A stretch of DNA of 64,000 bases from Eledone cirrhosa. Taxonomy: Eukaryota. The notes below the pieces were generated by a model that saw only the letters and a program-made list of their open reading frames with translations, ran no database searches and was not told the DNA's origin. Where the stretch lies: assembly GCA_964016885.1 (NCBI GenBank), contig OZ024750.1:17856001-17920000 (forward strand), in the 5' to 3' direction. This document shows positions 44,009-57,055 of the stretch, one piece after another (within the stretch, counting starts at the first letter, position 1; each line of letters starts with the position of its first letter). The translations under genes were made by a program, and so were the position numbers.

Positions 44009-45268
44009 AGATGGTACTACAGTAGTGGTCACCTCTGGATGGTATTACAGTGGTGGTCACCTCTGGATGGTATTACAGTGGTGGTCACCTCTGGATGGTA
44101 TTACAGTAGTGGTCACCTCTGGATGGTATTACAGTAGTGGTCACCTCTAGATGGTATTACAGTGGTGGTCACCTCTAGATGGTACTACAGTAGTGGTCAC
44201 CTCTGGATGGTATTACAGTGGTGGTCACCTCTGGATGGTATTACAGTGGTGGTCACCTCTAGATGGTATTACAGTGGTGGTCACCTCTGGATGGTATTAC
44301 AGTGATGGTCACCTCTGGATGGTATTACAGTGGTGGTCACCTCTAGATGGTATTACAGTGGTGGTCACCTCTAGATGGTATTACAGTGGTGGTCACCTCT
44401 GGATGGTATTACAGTGGTGGTCACTTCTAGATGGTATTACAGTGATGGTCACCTCTAGATGGTACTACAATGGTGGTCACCTCTGGATGGTATTACAGTG
44501 GTGGTCACCTCTAGATGGTATTACAGTGGTGGTCACCTCTGGATGGTATTACAATGCCACCATTGTAGTGGTGGTCACCTCTAGATGGTACTACAGTAGT
44601 GGTCACCTCTGGATGGTATTACAGTGGTGGTCACTTCTAGATGGTATTACAATGGTGGCCACCTCTGGATGGTATTACAGTGGTGGTCACCTCTGGATGG
44701 TATTACAGTGGTGGTCACCTCTAGATGGTATTACAGTGGTGGTCACCTCTGGATGGTATTACAGTGATGGTCACCTCTAGATGGTATTACAGTGGTGGTC
44801 ACCTCTGGATGGTATTACAGTGATGGTCACCTCTGGATGGTATTACAGTGATGGTCACCTATAGATGGTATTACAGTGGTGGTCACCTCTAGATGGTATT
44901 ACAGTGGTGGTCACTTCTAGATGGTATTACAATGGTGGTCACCTCTAGATGGTACCACAGAAGTGGTCACCTCTGGATGGTATTACAGTGATGGTCACCT
45001 CTGGATGGTATTACAGTGGTGGTCACTTCTAGATGGTATTACAGTGGTGGTCACCTCTAGATGGTACTACAATGGTGGTCACCTCTAGACAGTATTACAG
45101 TGGTGGTCACCTCTGGATGGTACTACAGTGGTGGTCACCTCTAGATGGTATTACAGTGGTGGTCACTTCTAGACAGTATTACAGTGGTGGTCACCTCTAG
45201 ATGGTACTACAGTGGTGGTCACCTCTGGATGGTACTACAGTGGTGGTCACTTCTAGACAGTATTACAG
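44009..45268. repeat. Minisatellite, 28 bp unit, ~45 copies
   Basis: gatggtattacagtggtggtcacctct(g/a). Confidence 0.95.
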
Positions 45269-45344
45269 GGTGATGCTGCCAATAAAGACACATGCACCTG
45301 TTGGTTTTCACTTCAATTTATTATAAAAATTTCCGGTACATATA

Positions 45345-45500
45345 TGTTGAACTACCTTTTATTTTCTGTATCTCTCCTTTGTGATCCCGAAGAAGGGCTA
45401 AAACCCGACACGTCGAACTTTCGAACTTTCGACGTGTCGGGTTTTAGACCTTCTTCAGGATCACAAAGAAGAGATACAGAAAATAAAAGGTAGTTCAACA
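45345..45500. mobile_element. ~155-bp palindrome with head-to-head hammerhead-like cores
   Basis: Arms read gatc C(C/T)GAAGA agg(g/t)ctaaaaccc GACAC GTC on each strand; GAAA>GACA in both arms. Confidence 0.65.
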
Positions 45501-45871
45501 CACATATATATATATATACATATATAGTTGTCACACAATGGGATCGAACTCAGGACCTCATTGTTGGGATGTGAACTCCTCAACCACCCAACCATGACTG
45601 CGTCTAACAGCCAAGCTTATGTCATACGACTTCATCACCAGAAGCCTCGACATCGAAATAATAATGATGATAAGCCGCAAGATGTTATATTTACATAGAA
45701 ATGTCAATTAGGAAACAAAACCGAGCCTGAACTGTAATGAGCTGTTGGGGTATAGAAAGGGAAACGAATATCACCTGTTTAGGCTTTGATCAAGCAAATA
45801 TATGCTAACTGATAGTGCAGTTTCCTCCCATCTGCCGTTGCTATGATACCAATGTATTTTAGTGTAGCCTG

Positions 45872-45935
<64 letters not shown>

Positions 45936-46117
45936 TATATATATAAATGGACGGCTTCCATTTTACATTCAGGTGTGATATTTAAACACATTACACATAA
46001 CGTTGTTGGTAATGATACAAGTGCGTGGGTGGAGAGAACAGGTCCAAAGAGAAGAGAAGATAAGATAGTTAAAGAACAGAGAAGGTTTGGGTGAGAAGGG
46101 GGAAAGACAGAATGTGT

Positions 46118-46149
<32 letters not shown>

Positions 46150-47073
46150 TAATGGTAGCTGGACAAACACGTGGATCCAAACATATATACACAATTAGAC
46201 CAGATATAGGTATTAAAACATTAGAGAAGGAGAGATCTCTCGTAATGAAAACAAACATGATTCACACAACGACATGACAGTTTGTTATTAGCTCCATCAG
46301 CAGCAGATGGCAACCAATATTATCGTTCTCTTCAGAATTTTCATCACCATTATCATTTGCCTTTCATCCTTACGGCGTCGATAAAATAAAGTACCAGTAA
46401 TGCACTGGAATAATTGCTGGCCTTGTGCCAAAAGTAGAAACAATTATCATATTATATATGGAAGCGACGAAGCTGAAACTTAGAAGTCACTGCTTCTTTT
46501 CTACTTAGAAAATATATTTCCCTACTCTACCTACCAGTATTGAGTACTTATTCAGTTATTGTTTAGCGTTTTAGATACTATGGTATTTTATACACATATT
46601 CTAACAGATATAATGATGATTTCATACGAATGAAACGGTTCTAGTTCTGTAGAAGTCGTTTCTATATATAATAAAGATGCGTATACTCTACTAATGTATT
46701 GGGTACATTTTATTAACTGTGGTTACCCGACAACTTGAGAACCTATATATATTTACACAGACACACCACACACATATTGGTAGCATAGACAGAAAATATT
46801 CTCTGATGCGTCAACTTTATACCTTTCATTCTTCGAGAATGAATATAAATAAATTACCAGTAAAATAGCCACTCCCTTCACAAAACAATGCGGTGGTCTT
46901 GGAAAAAATTCTTTATTAGCACTATGTGTTTAGAGAGAGAGGTGTAGTTATAGCAAAGTTAGAATTGCGTAAAGCAGGTATACCCACGCATACAAACAGA
47001 CACACACGCATATATATATATATATATATTCTCATTCTTTGATTTATTCATTGAACCTTCCTTGTTTAACTTT

Positions 47074-47106
<33 letters not shown>

Positions 47107-47111
<5 letters not shown>

Positions 47112-47319
47112 AACGAGTAGGAAGGACCCCGACGGCTGAGCTCAAGCTGTTTCGACGGCTAATTCTGGACTCAATTAGAGTCCAGAATTAGCCGTCGAAA
47201 CGGCTTGAGCTCAGCCGCCGGGGTCCTACTCGTTCCTATTAATTACCCCCTCTACTACCCTAAGTATTGAGTACTTTGGTGCGTTATGGTCCACCTGGTT
47301 CCTTACCACATTTCCTTCG

Positions 47320-47322
<3 letters not shown>
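47107..47322 (+). mobile_element. Fold-back element (palindrome 47107-47239) with hammerhead 3' half, within (TA)n
   Basis: Same family as 19273-19461 but with a different turn-around point; gtattgagtac at 47264. Confidence 0.75.
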
Positions 47323-47362
<40 letters not shown>

Positions 47363-47444
47363 GTGTGTGTGTGTGTATATAGTAATAATAATAAATTTGA
47401 AGACTAAAATATATATATATATATTTATAAGACTGTTTATATTG

Positions 47445-47510
47445 TATTTTGTCTGAAGAAGGCATAGCATATTGTTAATATGATATCCCTGAAATATATA
47501 TAACGAAATA
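47445..47510 (+). ncRNA. Minimal type-I hammerhead ribozyme, intact core
   Basis: tattttgt CTGAAGA aggcatagcatatt-gtt-aatatgatatccct GAAA T-ATAT-A TA acgaaata; 8-bp stem I (one G.U). Confidence 0.8.
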
Positions 47511-47863
47511 AATATGGTTTTATAAATATAGTTTCCATTTATTTAATATCATAAATATACTCCAAATACTTGTTGAGTGCTTTTATATCAGTTATAAATA
47601 TTTACTCGTTGTTAACCCAACAATTTAAATATAACTTTCCATATATATATATGTATATAGTAATAATAATAAATTTGAAGACTAAAATATATATATATAT
47701 TAACGAAGATCGTTGGTATGAATACAGCGTCTATATATATAATACACACATATTGACTATATAAATTACATATATATATATATATATATATATGTGTATG
47801 TATAATACACATGTTCACTATATGTGTGTGTTATATATATATATATATATATACATATTGATT

Positions 47864-48010
47864 AAGTAAAGGTCGAACCGCGAGCCTTGCGGTGTCAGCT
47901 TTACAAACTGACACTGCAGGGCTCTCGGTCCACCCTTTACTTCATCATACCCACATACATTGAGTACTACTCTGATTTGTGGTCTTCCCGATTTCCACAT
48001 GGCAGACCCC
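47864..48010 (+). mobile_element. Fold-back element with acattgagtac tail
   Basis: Imperfect hairpin aagtaaagg..ccgcgagccttgcggtgtcag / ctgacactgcagggctctcgg..cctttactt, flanked by (TA)n. Confidence 0.55.
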
Positions 48011-48089
48011 ATATATATATATATATATATATACATACATACATACATACATACATACATACATACATACATACATACATACATACATA

Positions 48090-48190
48090 CAGGGTATTCC
48101 CCAAAAATGTATACACACTTTGATTACCAGTACAGGCAATATTTATTAGAATTTTTGTGAAATGTGTATATATTTTGGGGGGACACCCTG
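48090..48190. mobile_element. 101-bp Tc1/mariner-type MITE
   Basis: TIRs cagggtattccccaaaaatgtatacac / gtgtatatattttggggggacaccctg; second copy at 51747-51847. Confidence 0.8.
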
Positions 48191-48975
48191 AAAATATACA
48201 TATATATATATATATATATCCATGTATTCACAGGTTGGTAAAACAAACAATAACAACAACAATAATACTACTACTAGTAATTTTAATAATTGTTTCTACT
48301 TTTGGCACAAGGCCTGCAATTACCAGTACATTACTGGTACTTTATTTTATCGACGGGATTTGAACTAGTAATTTTAATAATGATTTCTGATTTAGGCACA
48401 TCAGCAATTTTATTACGCAAACTGCTTTTTTGCCAACCATTTGAATGCGCAGTCAACTTCCAAGGCGTGTTTAGATTCGGTGTATAGAATAAGCAATATA
48501 AATCTATTTTATTTAATGAGTATGATTTACAAATGAAACAAATTAAGAAAAATTAGTCAAAAAAATAAAATGAGAGAAGACATTCATCTTTAATTACACA
48601 CTACAACAGGGAATGGTGGTACTTCACTCTAAATATGTAATTAAGGTGCCAAAAGGGTGCAATTCACCTGAAAATATCACAGCTACCCGTTTTATCTGTC
48701 TCTGCTACTATCGACATTATCGGGAAGTTTTGAGATAATCTCTTAAAATGTTGTTGTTTGTTTAATAACTCAATTACATCATAGAAGAAACATATTAGTC
48801 AATATTTTCGTCGCACTGCTTGTGACCTGGTCACTGACACAGTTCTACAGTGCAACGAAAATTAGTGACACCAAGAAAAATTATGACACTTTTAATGCAT
48901 ACATATATGTATGTATTTATATATATAGGTTATATATATATGTATGTATGTATGTATACATGCATTCATGTACAT

Positions 48976-49051
<76 letters not shown>

Positions 49052-49154
49052 GATAGTTTTAACAATCACAGATCTTGTTACTTGCTAAACAAGTACAACT
49101 GTGATATTTTTAATAAGCCATTTGCGAAAGAGAAAACAAAATATTACAACCTAC

Positions 49155-49745
49155 CTTACAATCTATATCTTCGAAGATTGCAGTGCCTAAACCTGTAACA
49201 ATTAGGGCTTTAGGTAGAGATGCCGTCATATCCCCTTCACTATCATCATCTTGAACACCATTATCATTGTAAACATTGCCGACTCCATCATCTGTATCTT
49301 CAAAAGAATGGTAATGATTGTGGAGGTAGTGGCTGTTTGGGTGGTGGTGGTGGTGGTGGTGGTGGTGGTTGACATTAGTTAAACAATGCTCCACTGCATT
49401 CCTCTCGGCACCATCCACATTGCCAGAAGCAACAGTAACACCTTCGTTAGTTACTGTGCCAGAGGTACTCGACGAATTAGTATAGCCATTATCGTAGCTG
49501 GTCATATTGTTGTAGTTATTATTGTTGTTTACCAAATGGTGATTATGGTGGGGTTGGTTGTGGTGGTGATGATGGTGAGTAGCAGTAATTCCTGAGGGGT
49601 TGCCATTCGTCGTGGTGGTGGTGTTGTTGTTGTGAGTCTGTTGAATGTTTTGGTTGATTCCACCAACTCCACCAATCCCATGCCCACCTCCGCCGACGCC
49701 TCCCCCACCACCACCACCAACTGATTCAATGTCATCGTCAGCCAT
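49155..49745 (-). CDS. RCAN: First coding exon of calcipressin / regulator of calcineurin (RCAN, Sarah/DSCR1 family); in-frame upstream ATG at 49790
   Basis: MADDDIES...DDDSEGDMTASLPKALIVTGLGTAIFEDIDCK resembles the RCAN RRM-like domain start (cf. DLPTSLFACSVHEAVFE..K, DLPTSIIVTNI..VF). It ends in AAG|GTAGGT, a phase-0 donor at the exon-1 boundary used by vertebrate RCAN genes. ATG context aatATGG. Confidence 0.85.
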
Positions 49746-51000
49746 ATTCAGTGGATTCCTCCTTGATTTTTCACAGCTCTTAATACACATTATTACCTAA
49801 TATTCCTGATTTCTTCTCTCTCTCTCGTCCTTAATATTGTTACTGCCGACCAAATAATTCTGTTTATTATTTTTTTTTTCCGTACCTCTTTTAATATTCC
49901 AGCTTTTAGGGTTTTACGTTTGTTTCTTTTAAATTATTCGTTGCTTGTTATATATTTTTTTCTTTATAATTATTCAATTTTCATTTACTTCTTTCCTATT
50001 TCCTTCGTAGTCTTAAAAGATACGAAACTTTTCTCCCTGTCTCTTCTTTACCCTCCTCCTTACTCTAGCTTCTTCCTTGTTTCCTCTCTATATACCTCTC
50101 TTTTACTCTTTCTCCCTTCTTATCGTAACTCCTTCCTTCTTTTCTTTCTCTCTCTTCCTCCCCGTCTCGGAGCCCCTCCTCTATATACTACAGTCTCTCT
50201 CTCTTCAGAGACCACCAAACGTCCGTCAAGTTTGAATCCAGCTGTTTGTATATTTGGTGTTCAACTGGTTCTGTTGACGGTCACCAACTATAAATGCCTA
50301 GTTTTCGAGGAATCTGAGTCATCAAAAGTGATTAGTATTGGCGTATTTCCCACTGTGGTGGTCTTTCGTTTGAAAATAAACACCCCGTTGTCTTCAATGA
50401 CAATCTAAGATAAATAATACTTTTATAACAGACGGACCTTTAATAACTTGAGTCCGTATGAAGCAAGTCCTTGATATATATTAGATGTTACCTTAGTATT
50501 TCTTAATGAGAGTCCAAAATGACCATACAATACAAATTAATAGAGAATAATCTCGATATACAATATATATTATTATACAAACTCAAATTATGCCGGTTTA
50601 GCGTCAATGTCCTTAATTGAAAAAAGAAGACAGTATTGAATGTACCTGGTGAAATTTACTTTTAGCTGTCCGTGTTGTTATTCCAGTTGTTTGATAATTA
50701 ATGTTGACGTTTGTTGTGTGAGTTAAGATAGAAAGTTCTAGATAGGACATCAACTAATTTATTGTTCATCTGGTCTAGTCGTGACTTCGTTATATAAGAT
50801 ATACACTTACACGCATACATATATATACACAACGATTTTAAGTGCTCTCCACTCGTTGATTCGTCTGCTACCTGCAATGCGCTGGTGGTGAATATTGTGT
50901 TATTTAGAGGTAACTACCTCGATTTGAGAGATTACGCAAGCTTAACAACTCAGCTTCCTAATGTTCATTCAGAAAATGATTGCCTGTGCAACCTTGAGGC
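49746..51000 (-). promoter_or_regulatory. Probable 5' UTR / promoter region of the RCAN gene
   Basis: ~1.2 kb free of transposons and microsatellites and retaining CpGs, directly upstream of the ATG; transcription start not located. Confidence 0.45.
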
Positions 51001-51139
51001 CGATTAGCACACCCACATACATACGTGTGTACACGCACACACATACACAACACACACATATATAGTATCTGACTGTATGTAAGCAGGGTTGTATCAACAC
51101 CAGTTTACGTCAATTTACCATGCTGGCATGGGTAGGACT

Positions 51140-51189
<50 letters not shown>

Positions 51190-51746
51190 TGTTACCATCG
51201 TGGTTTTTACGTCAGCTTCCCACATTAGAATGGGCTAAACGAGTTATCACCGTCAAAACCTAGATAGGTATGAACTACCTTATCTTGCTCATACATTCCA
51301 CATTTGGCATGGTTTTTATGGCTAGATGCTCTTCCTAACATCAACCACCTTTCAAAGTGTACTGGATGTGTTTTTTTCGTGGCACCGACACTGCTACTTT
51401 ACAGAATGGATTGGATGTGTTTTATCATGGCACCAGCACCAGAGAGGTTATCATATACTTGTCCAGACTGAAGAACCATCTCAGACCTTATATTGTTTCT
51501 GTTCAGTTGCTATATATATATATATATACATGTATAAATATTTATATATATATCATCGTATAATGTCCACTTCCCATGCTTGCATGGGTTAGATGGGTTG
51601 ACATTAAAAGGCAAGTTAGGTCAATTGACCACATCTTGCTCATACAAAGCTGTATTTTGGCTTGGTTTCTATGACTGGATGTCCTACCTAATGCCAACCA
51701 TGTTACAGTGTGGACTGGGTGCTTTTGTTCATGTCACCAACATATA

Positions 51747-51844
51747 CAGGGTGTCCCCCAAAAATGTATACACACTTTGAATCCCTGTACAGGCAATATT
51801 TATTAGAATGTTATTGATATGTGTGTACATTTTTGGGGGACACC

Positions 51845-51847
<3 letters not shown>
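51747..51847. mobile_element. 101-bp Tc1/mariner-type MITE with TA TSD
   Basis: ta|cagggtgtcccccaaaaatgta ... tacatttttgggggacaccctg|ta. Confidence 0.85.
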
Positions 51848-51878
<31 letters not shown>

Positions 51879-52484
51879 TCACACAAGAGGAATACAATGC
51901 AGTGCGCAAGAGACACATTTGCACTTGTTATAGACCTGATGTATATGTATAAAAAGAGTGAGAGCTTTATAAAGTAGTCCTGTGTGTTTGAACTGGGCAA
52001 AACCTGTGGAAGAGGGAGATAAAGGAAAATATGGAATGAAGTTGTGAAGAATGGCTGCACCTCAAGAAGTAGATAACAGGTGACTTGCAGTTCTAGAAAA
52101 GTCATACCTTCCAGGACAAGCAGGGTGAAGCGAAATGTGGTAAGGTTTCATATATCTTGTATGGAGCTGAAAGGTTCTCTTTTAACTTGCAGTAAATGAA
52201 ACTAGCTGACAAACGAACTGAGTTATCAGAGGGTAGAGAGTACCCTTTAGTCTTTTTATGATAAAATACACCCAGTATACTTTGTAAAGTGGTAGTGTTA
52301 GTTTTACAATGAAATGCACCAGGTATACTCTGAGAAGTCTTTGGCATTAGGAAGGACTTAAAACTGTAGAAACCATGCCCAAATATGGAACATATAAGTA
52401 AGATGTAGTTATCAGACAATATCTTGTCTCATACCATGAAAACCTATCCAACACATGCCAGCATGGAAAGTGGATGTAAAATAA

Positions 52485-52810
52485 TGATTTCTTTATTAAC
52501 CACAAGGGTTTACATAAAGTAGACATTAAGGACAGTGCAGGACAATACAGGACGGTACAAATGGGCATTTCTGCGTGTAAAAAACAAAAACAGAGGATGT
52601 AACAAAAAATAACACTGAAAAATTCCCCAATAGGGGGGAGACTTCGGAGGGACATTTGTGGAGAAAGCCCAGTAAAAGGCCACAATGACCCTGACCACCA
52701 AGGCAAGTGCCCTCTCCCAGTTTTCCACCTTTAATTTACAGATATATACTCAGAGTAGGCCCATTCACTCGGGCCATTCTTGCTTCTCTCACCCATCTTT
52801 CAACAAAATG
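52485..52810 (-). mobile_element. Tx1/L1-like LINE 3' UTR fragment
   Basis: Minus strand ends ...cccttgtggttaataaagaaatc, similar to the tails at ~53790-53815 and ~61400-61425. Confidence 0.55.
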
Positions 52811-52955
52811 CTGGGAATAATGATGGTTATAGTGATGGTCTAGAGGGTGCATATGTTTGCCCAAAGATCCGCTTTAGTTGTCAATTGTCAATTACCTTGG
52901 AGCATGCAACTTACATGCTGAAACTTCATGTAGCAATATTTTGACACCAATTGTA

Positions 52956-53010
<55 letters not shown>

Positions 53011-53218
53011 CATATACATACACACATGGACATATATATATATACATAGGTGTGTATATATACACACAGATATATTATATATAACGTAGGTTCATTAGTT
53101 TACTATTGTTGAAGGCTTAAACTTTAATCTGTATTATTTGATCTATAAATATCTTAATCACTTTGATCATCCACAATTAATCCACACACGCATACATATA
53201 AGTCAGTCTGCCGATCTG

Positions 53219-53302
<84 letters not shown>

Positions 53303-53307
53303 ACACC

Positions 53308-53815
53308 GAGTCCATTGTCATGATCAAACCGCCACCCTCCTTCAAAAACGAAGGAGAGGCGGTTTTCCTTTGTGTGATAGCTATGGCGAAAGAGGTTGTA
53401 TGGTGGACAAGGTTGAAAGGGCTGAGGTCAGACACCTTTCTCTCCGGCCAACAACTTTGGAAGAAGAATCAGGATGGAGAGAGAGGTGCTGTACCCCAGC
53501 AAGTTTTATGAAAGGTGGGTGAAAGTGGCGAGAATGGCCCGAGTGAATGGGCCTTCTCTCTATATCAGCCTGTAGATTGAGGAAAAGGAGGAGGAGAGGA
53601 AAGGAGTACAAGCTCTTCGTACTCCTGGAGATGAGGGTTGCACATTTTTTCGGGGGTATGTGTTACCCATATAAACTGTCTCCCTCTATTGGGGAAAATC
53701 GACTAACTTTTAAATTCCATCTGTGATAACATTTTACACGTTTTTATTGTATGTAAACTTCCCCCTTTGTATTTGTCCCCTTCTTTTGTGCCCCTGTTGC
53801 TAATAAAGAAATATA
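53308..53815 (+). mobile_element. Tx1/L1-like LINE 3' end (ORF2 C-terminal remnant and 3' UTR)
   Basis: VFLCVIAMAKEVVWWTRLKG resembles the post-zinc-knuckle AKxxIWxxRN segment of L1/Tx1 ORF2; ends in aataaagaaa, flanked by (TCTA)n. Confidence 0.65.
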
Positions 53816-54768
53816 TCTATCTATCTATCTATACACAAATACACGCATATAGACAAGCATGCATATCTTTGTGGTCGGAAACACCATATTTTATGTTAGA
53901 TATCTATAAGAAATACAATTACCTCATAGATATATTATACTTGCAAGCTAGACAAATATGTCTTTGGCAGACGCTGCATATATATATATATATGTTAGTA
54001 CCACAACATCCAGTCTAAATAAATGAGATAATGCAATCGAGATCGTGTAGGTGTCAAGGCAAAAAAAAAAAAAAAAAAACTCACAGTCCACGCTGTAATG
54101 TGGCCGTGTAAGTAACACGGTAAAAAGTTCCCAGTTCCACACTGTAAATGTGGTTGGTGTTAGGAAGGGTATCCAGCCGTAAAAAGCCTGCCAGATAGTC
54201 CTATATTAGCGAGACACGGTCACCCGACCAACCTTGCCTCAAGTGGCATAACTCCCGTCTAACCCATGCTAGCGTGGAAGATAGACGTTAAACGATGATG
54301 ATGATGTGTGTGTGTGTGTGTGTATCCCGGGTTCAATCGGGGGTAACCGCAGTAAGTAAGGTACTCAATACATAGCAGAGTATAAATATTTAATATAGCA
54401 ATGGCTTCTATGATTTCCTTCGAATGAAACAGTTCTAGTCGTGTAGAAGCCATTTCTATATTAAATATATATATATATACACACACACACACACCACATA
54501 TGCACACAGTTGTATAAAAATGAAAATATTTAAGAAAACTCAAGAATATTTCAAATAGTATTTATTATTCATGGGGAAGTTTTTTCAAAAGATAAAGTAT
54601 ACATAGTCATCACCACCATCATCACCACCATCATCACAACCATCATCACCACCATTTAATCTCTCTCCCTCTCTCATATATATATGTGTGTGTATATAGA
54701 ACAATGAAAACAAATATATATATTTGTCAATGTTTGTCAATGCTTGTATACTATGTATTTACTCTTTA

Positions 54769-54814
54769 TGCTCTGAAGAGTCCCACTTCTAGTGTGGACG
54801 AAACACTGTTAGCA
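54769..54814 (+). ncRNA. Minimal type-I hammerhead ribozyme
   Basis: tgct CTGAAGA gtcccac-ttcta-gtgtggac GAAAC-ACT-GT T agca attaaa; canonical G10.1-C11.1 pair, GUU triplet. Confidence 0.8.
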
Positions 54815-54854
54815 ATTAAAGATATACCTATGTTCTAAGCGCTCTTTGTTGTTA

Positions 54855-54889
<35 letters not shown>

Positions 54890-55134
54890 GAACTTTAGAT
54901 TGGATTGCCTCGGAAACATAACCTTAATACATAAGATGATGTTGGATGATATCATGTAACAAGTTATATGATTGAATAATCACATAGCCAAGATTGCCAT
55001 TGAAATATGTATCACAGCTTTGTTAATAAAGGACTTTTTAACATCTACACCAAACTTCACTTTTTCCTTATTCTACATATATTCCGTCACTAACTGACAA
55101 ATCATATTTGGAAGAAAATACATCATGTTCTTCT

Positions 55135-55860
55135 TTTCCTTCTTCACCCACTTATTCCTGAGTCCTCAAACACTCCTTCCAGTGGGTCCTATCAGAAGCA
55201 ACCATCTCCAACTGATCTGGCTGGATCCCCAAGTGAGACCAGCCAAGCTCATGGATGTTATCCAACCATCTTGCTCAGAGTCTACCCCTGGGTCTCCTGC
55301 TGGTTGGTTTTTGCCCATAAAATCTGTCCAGCGTTTCTTTTCTGAGACATTCTAACCACATGTCCATAGTATCAGAGCAGTGATCTCTCAAATCGCAAAA
55401 GTAGTGGCCCTACCTGGAGTGACTCTCTGATCTCTGAGCTATGCACTCTATCAAGTAATGTTACTCCAAAGATCCTTCGGAGGGACCCTATTTTGGCTGC
55501 TCATATTCGTGATCGTATTCTTTTGGTCATTACCCAAGATTCATGACCTTTGACAAGGGTTGGCATGAATACCAAATTGAAGATAGCAAGTTTGGCTTTG
55601 ATGCCTACCTCCCTTCTTCTGATTACTAAATGCTGAAGCTGGCGCATTACTGCACCAGCTCCTGTAATTCTTGCACTTAGTTCAGCCATGCAGCACTCGG
55701 CATCAAACCTATCGATTGCAAGTTGAAGATAACCTTCTGTTGAGTTAAGTTACACCATATCATCTGCAAATTCCAGCCAACTGATTTTACACTCACCAGT
55801 CATGATACCACTTCCAACTTAGCTGTGCATGTCAATCCTGTTCATGTCAATCCTGAACAT
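55135..55860 (-). pseudogene. RTE-clade LINE reverse transcriptase fragment (internally deleted, with stops)
   Basis: KISWLEFADDMV (YADD box), then ELSARITGAG...KAKLAIFNLVFMPTLVKGHESW...LRRIFGVTLLDRVHSSEIR...YYGHVVRM...RRPRGR...RW, the typical RTE C-terminus. Confidence 0.9.
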
Positions 55861-56026
55861 GATATTGACTGCACCATTGTTCACTGATTGGGGCATTGCA
55901 TACACAACCCCTATTAGTCAACATGTTTGCTATAATTATATACGAAAATAAATATTTATATATATATATACATATATATAATGGGAACAAAGAATCAGAA
56001 TTGCATCATATAGCTGATCAGCTCAA

Positions 56027-56088
56027 GGAACAATTGAATAATGTTCGATCCTGACTCTGGAATCGGGAGCTCCTCAGATATGTGTTCC
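56027..56088 (-). ncRNA. Degenerate hammerhead-like motif
   Basis: Minus: ggaacacatat CTGAGGA gctcccgatt-ccag-agtcaggatc GAAC attat TC aattgttcc. Confidence 0.45.
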
Positions 56089-57055
56089 CACATGTAGACA
56101 CATGTCCAAATATTGTTGAATTGTTAAACACCCAATTCGTTATTTTGCTCCCCAAGAGCACCGAGTGCTCATCTTGGCATACCACCTGTGAACGCAATTC
56201 AATTGCACCTCTACCACCTATATACATATATATATATATATATATGTAACAAAGAAAATGTGGTAAGGAACCAGATGGACCATAACGCACCAGAGTACTT
56301 GATACTTAGGGTAGTAGAGTGGGTAATAGGAAAAGAGTCAGGACCCCGACAGCTGAGCTCTGGCCGTTTCAGCAGCTAGATCCGAACTAAACCAGTAATA
56401 TATGTGTGTGTGTGTGTGTGTATGTAAATATATTTTCTAACTCAGCTAGTTAGGGGTGCACATGTCTATGGAATGCTAAGTCACGCATTAATTTCATCAA
56501 CAGGCTGTTCCATTGATTGTATCAACTGCAGCACTCGTCATCGGTAACAACATGCATTCAACTACAATATATCAGAAGTAACCTATATTCAATTCTGTAT
56601 CATCATTTGACTATCTTATATAACATTACATTCAGCATGAGAGACCAACAAACATACATGAAAATCTTCATAATCGGCTGATGGAGCATCTAAAGTTGGT
56701 CAAAATTTGGTGTAGCATTTCTCACTGCTAAATGGTGCTTGTTTCTGTAGGGATCTTTAGTGTTAAATATAAATAGCATGGGGTTCAAATATTTCCAGAA
56801 AATATTGATGACAATGCCCAACTCTTCTGAGATAGTGTTGTGAAACCACAGAGCTGAAAAAGAAAAGTCGAATCAATATTTTAATGTTTACTAAAGCCAA
56901 TACATCAATAAATCAATAAGCATTTAGAAATATGTTTGTAAACACTGACATAATAGAGATAGGAATAAATAATTAGCTATGTGATGAATTCAGTAGCTGT
57001 AGTGTTAATACATTTCATCATCATCATAATTTATTAATGTAAAACTTATCATGTA

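Noticed and set aside
44009-45268. CRISPR-like regular 28-bp repeats (also 10270-10998, 41377-41685, 60497-60936)
   Set aside because: Head-to-tail units without unique spacers, no cas genes, eukaryotic context.
46299-46313. CTCF-like motif gcagcagatggcaa
   Set aside because: Single imperfect match; not supportable without chromatin data.
50752-50796. TATATAA plus TTAGTT initiator for RCAN
   Set aside because: Spacing of about 41 nt is too long and such motifs are common in AT-rich DNA.
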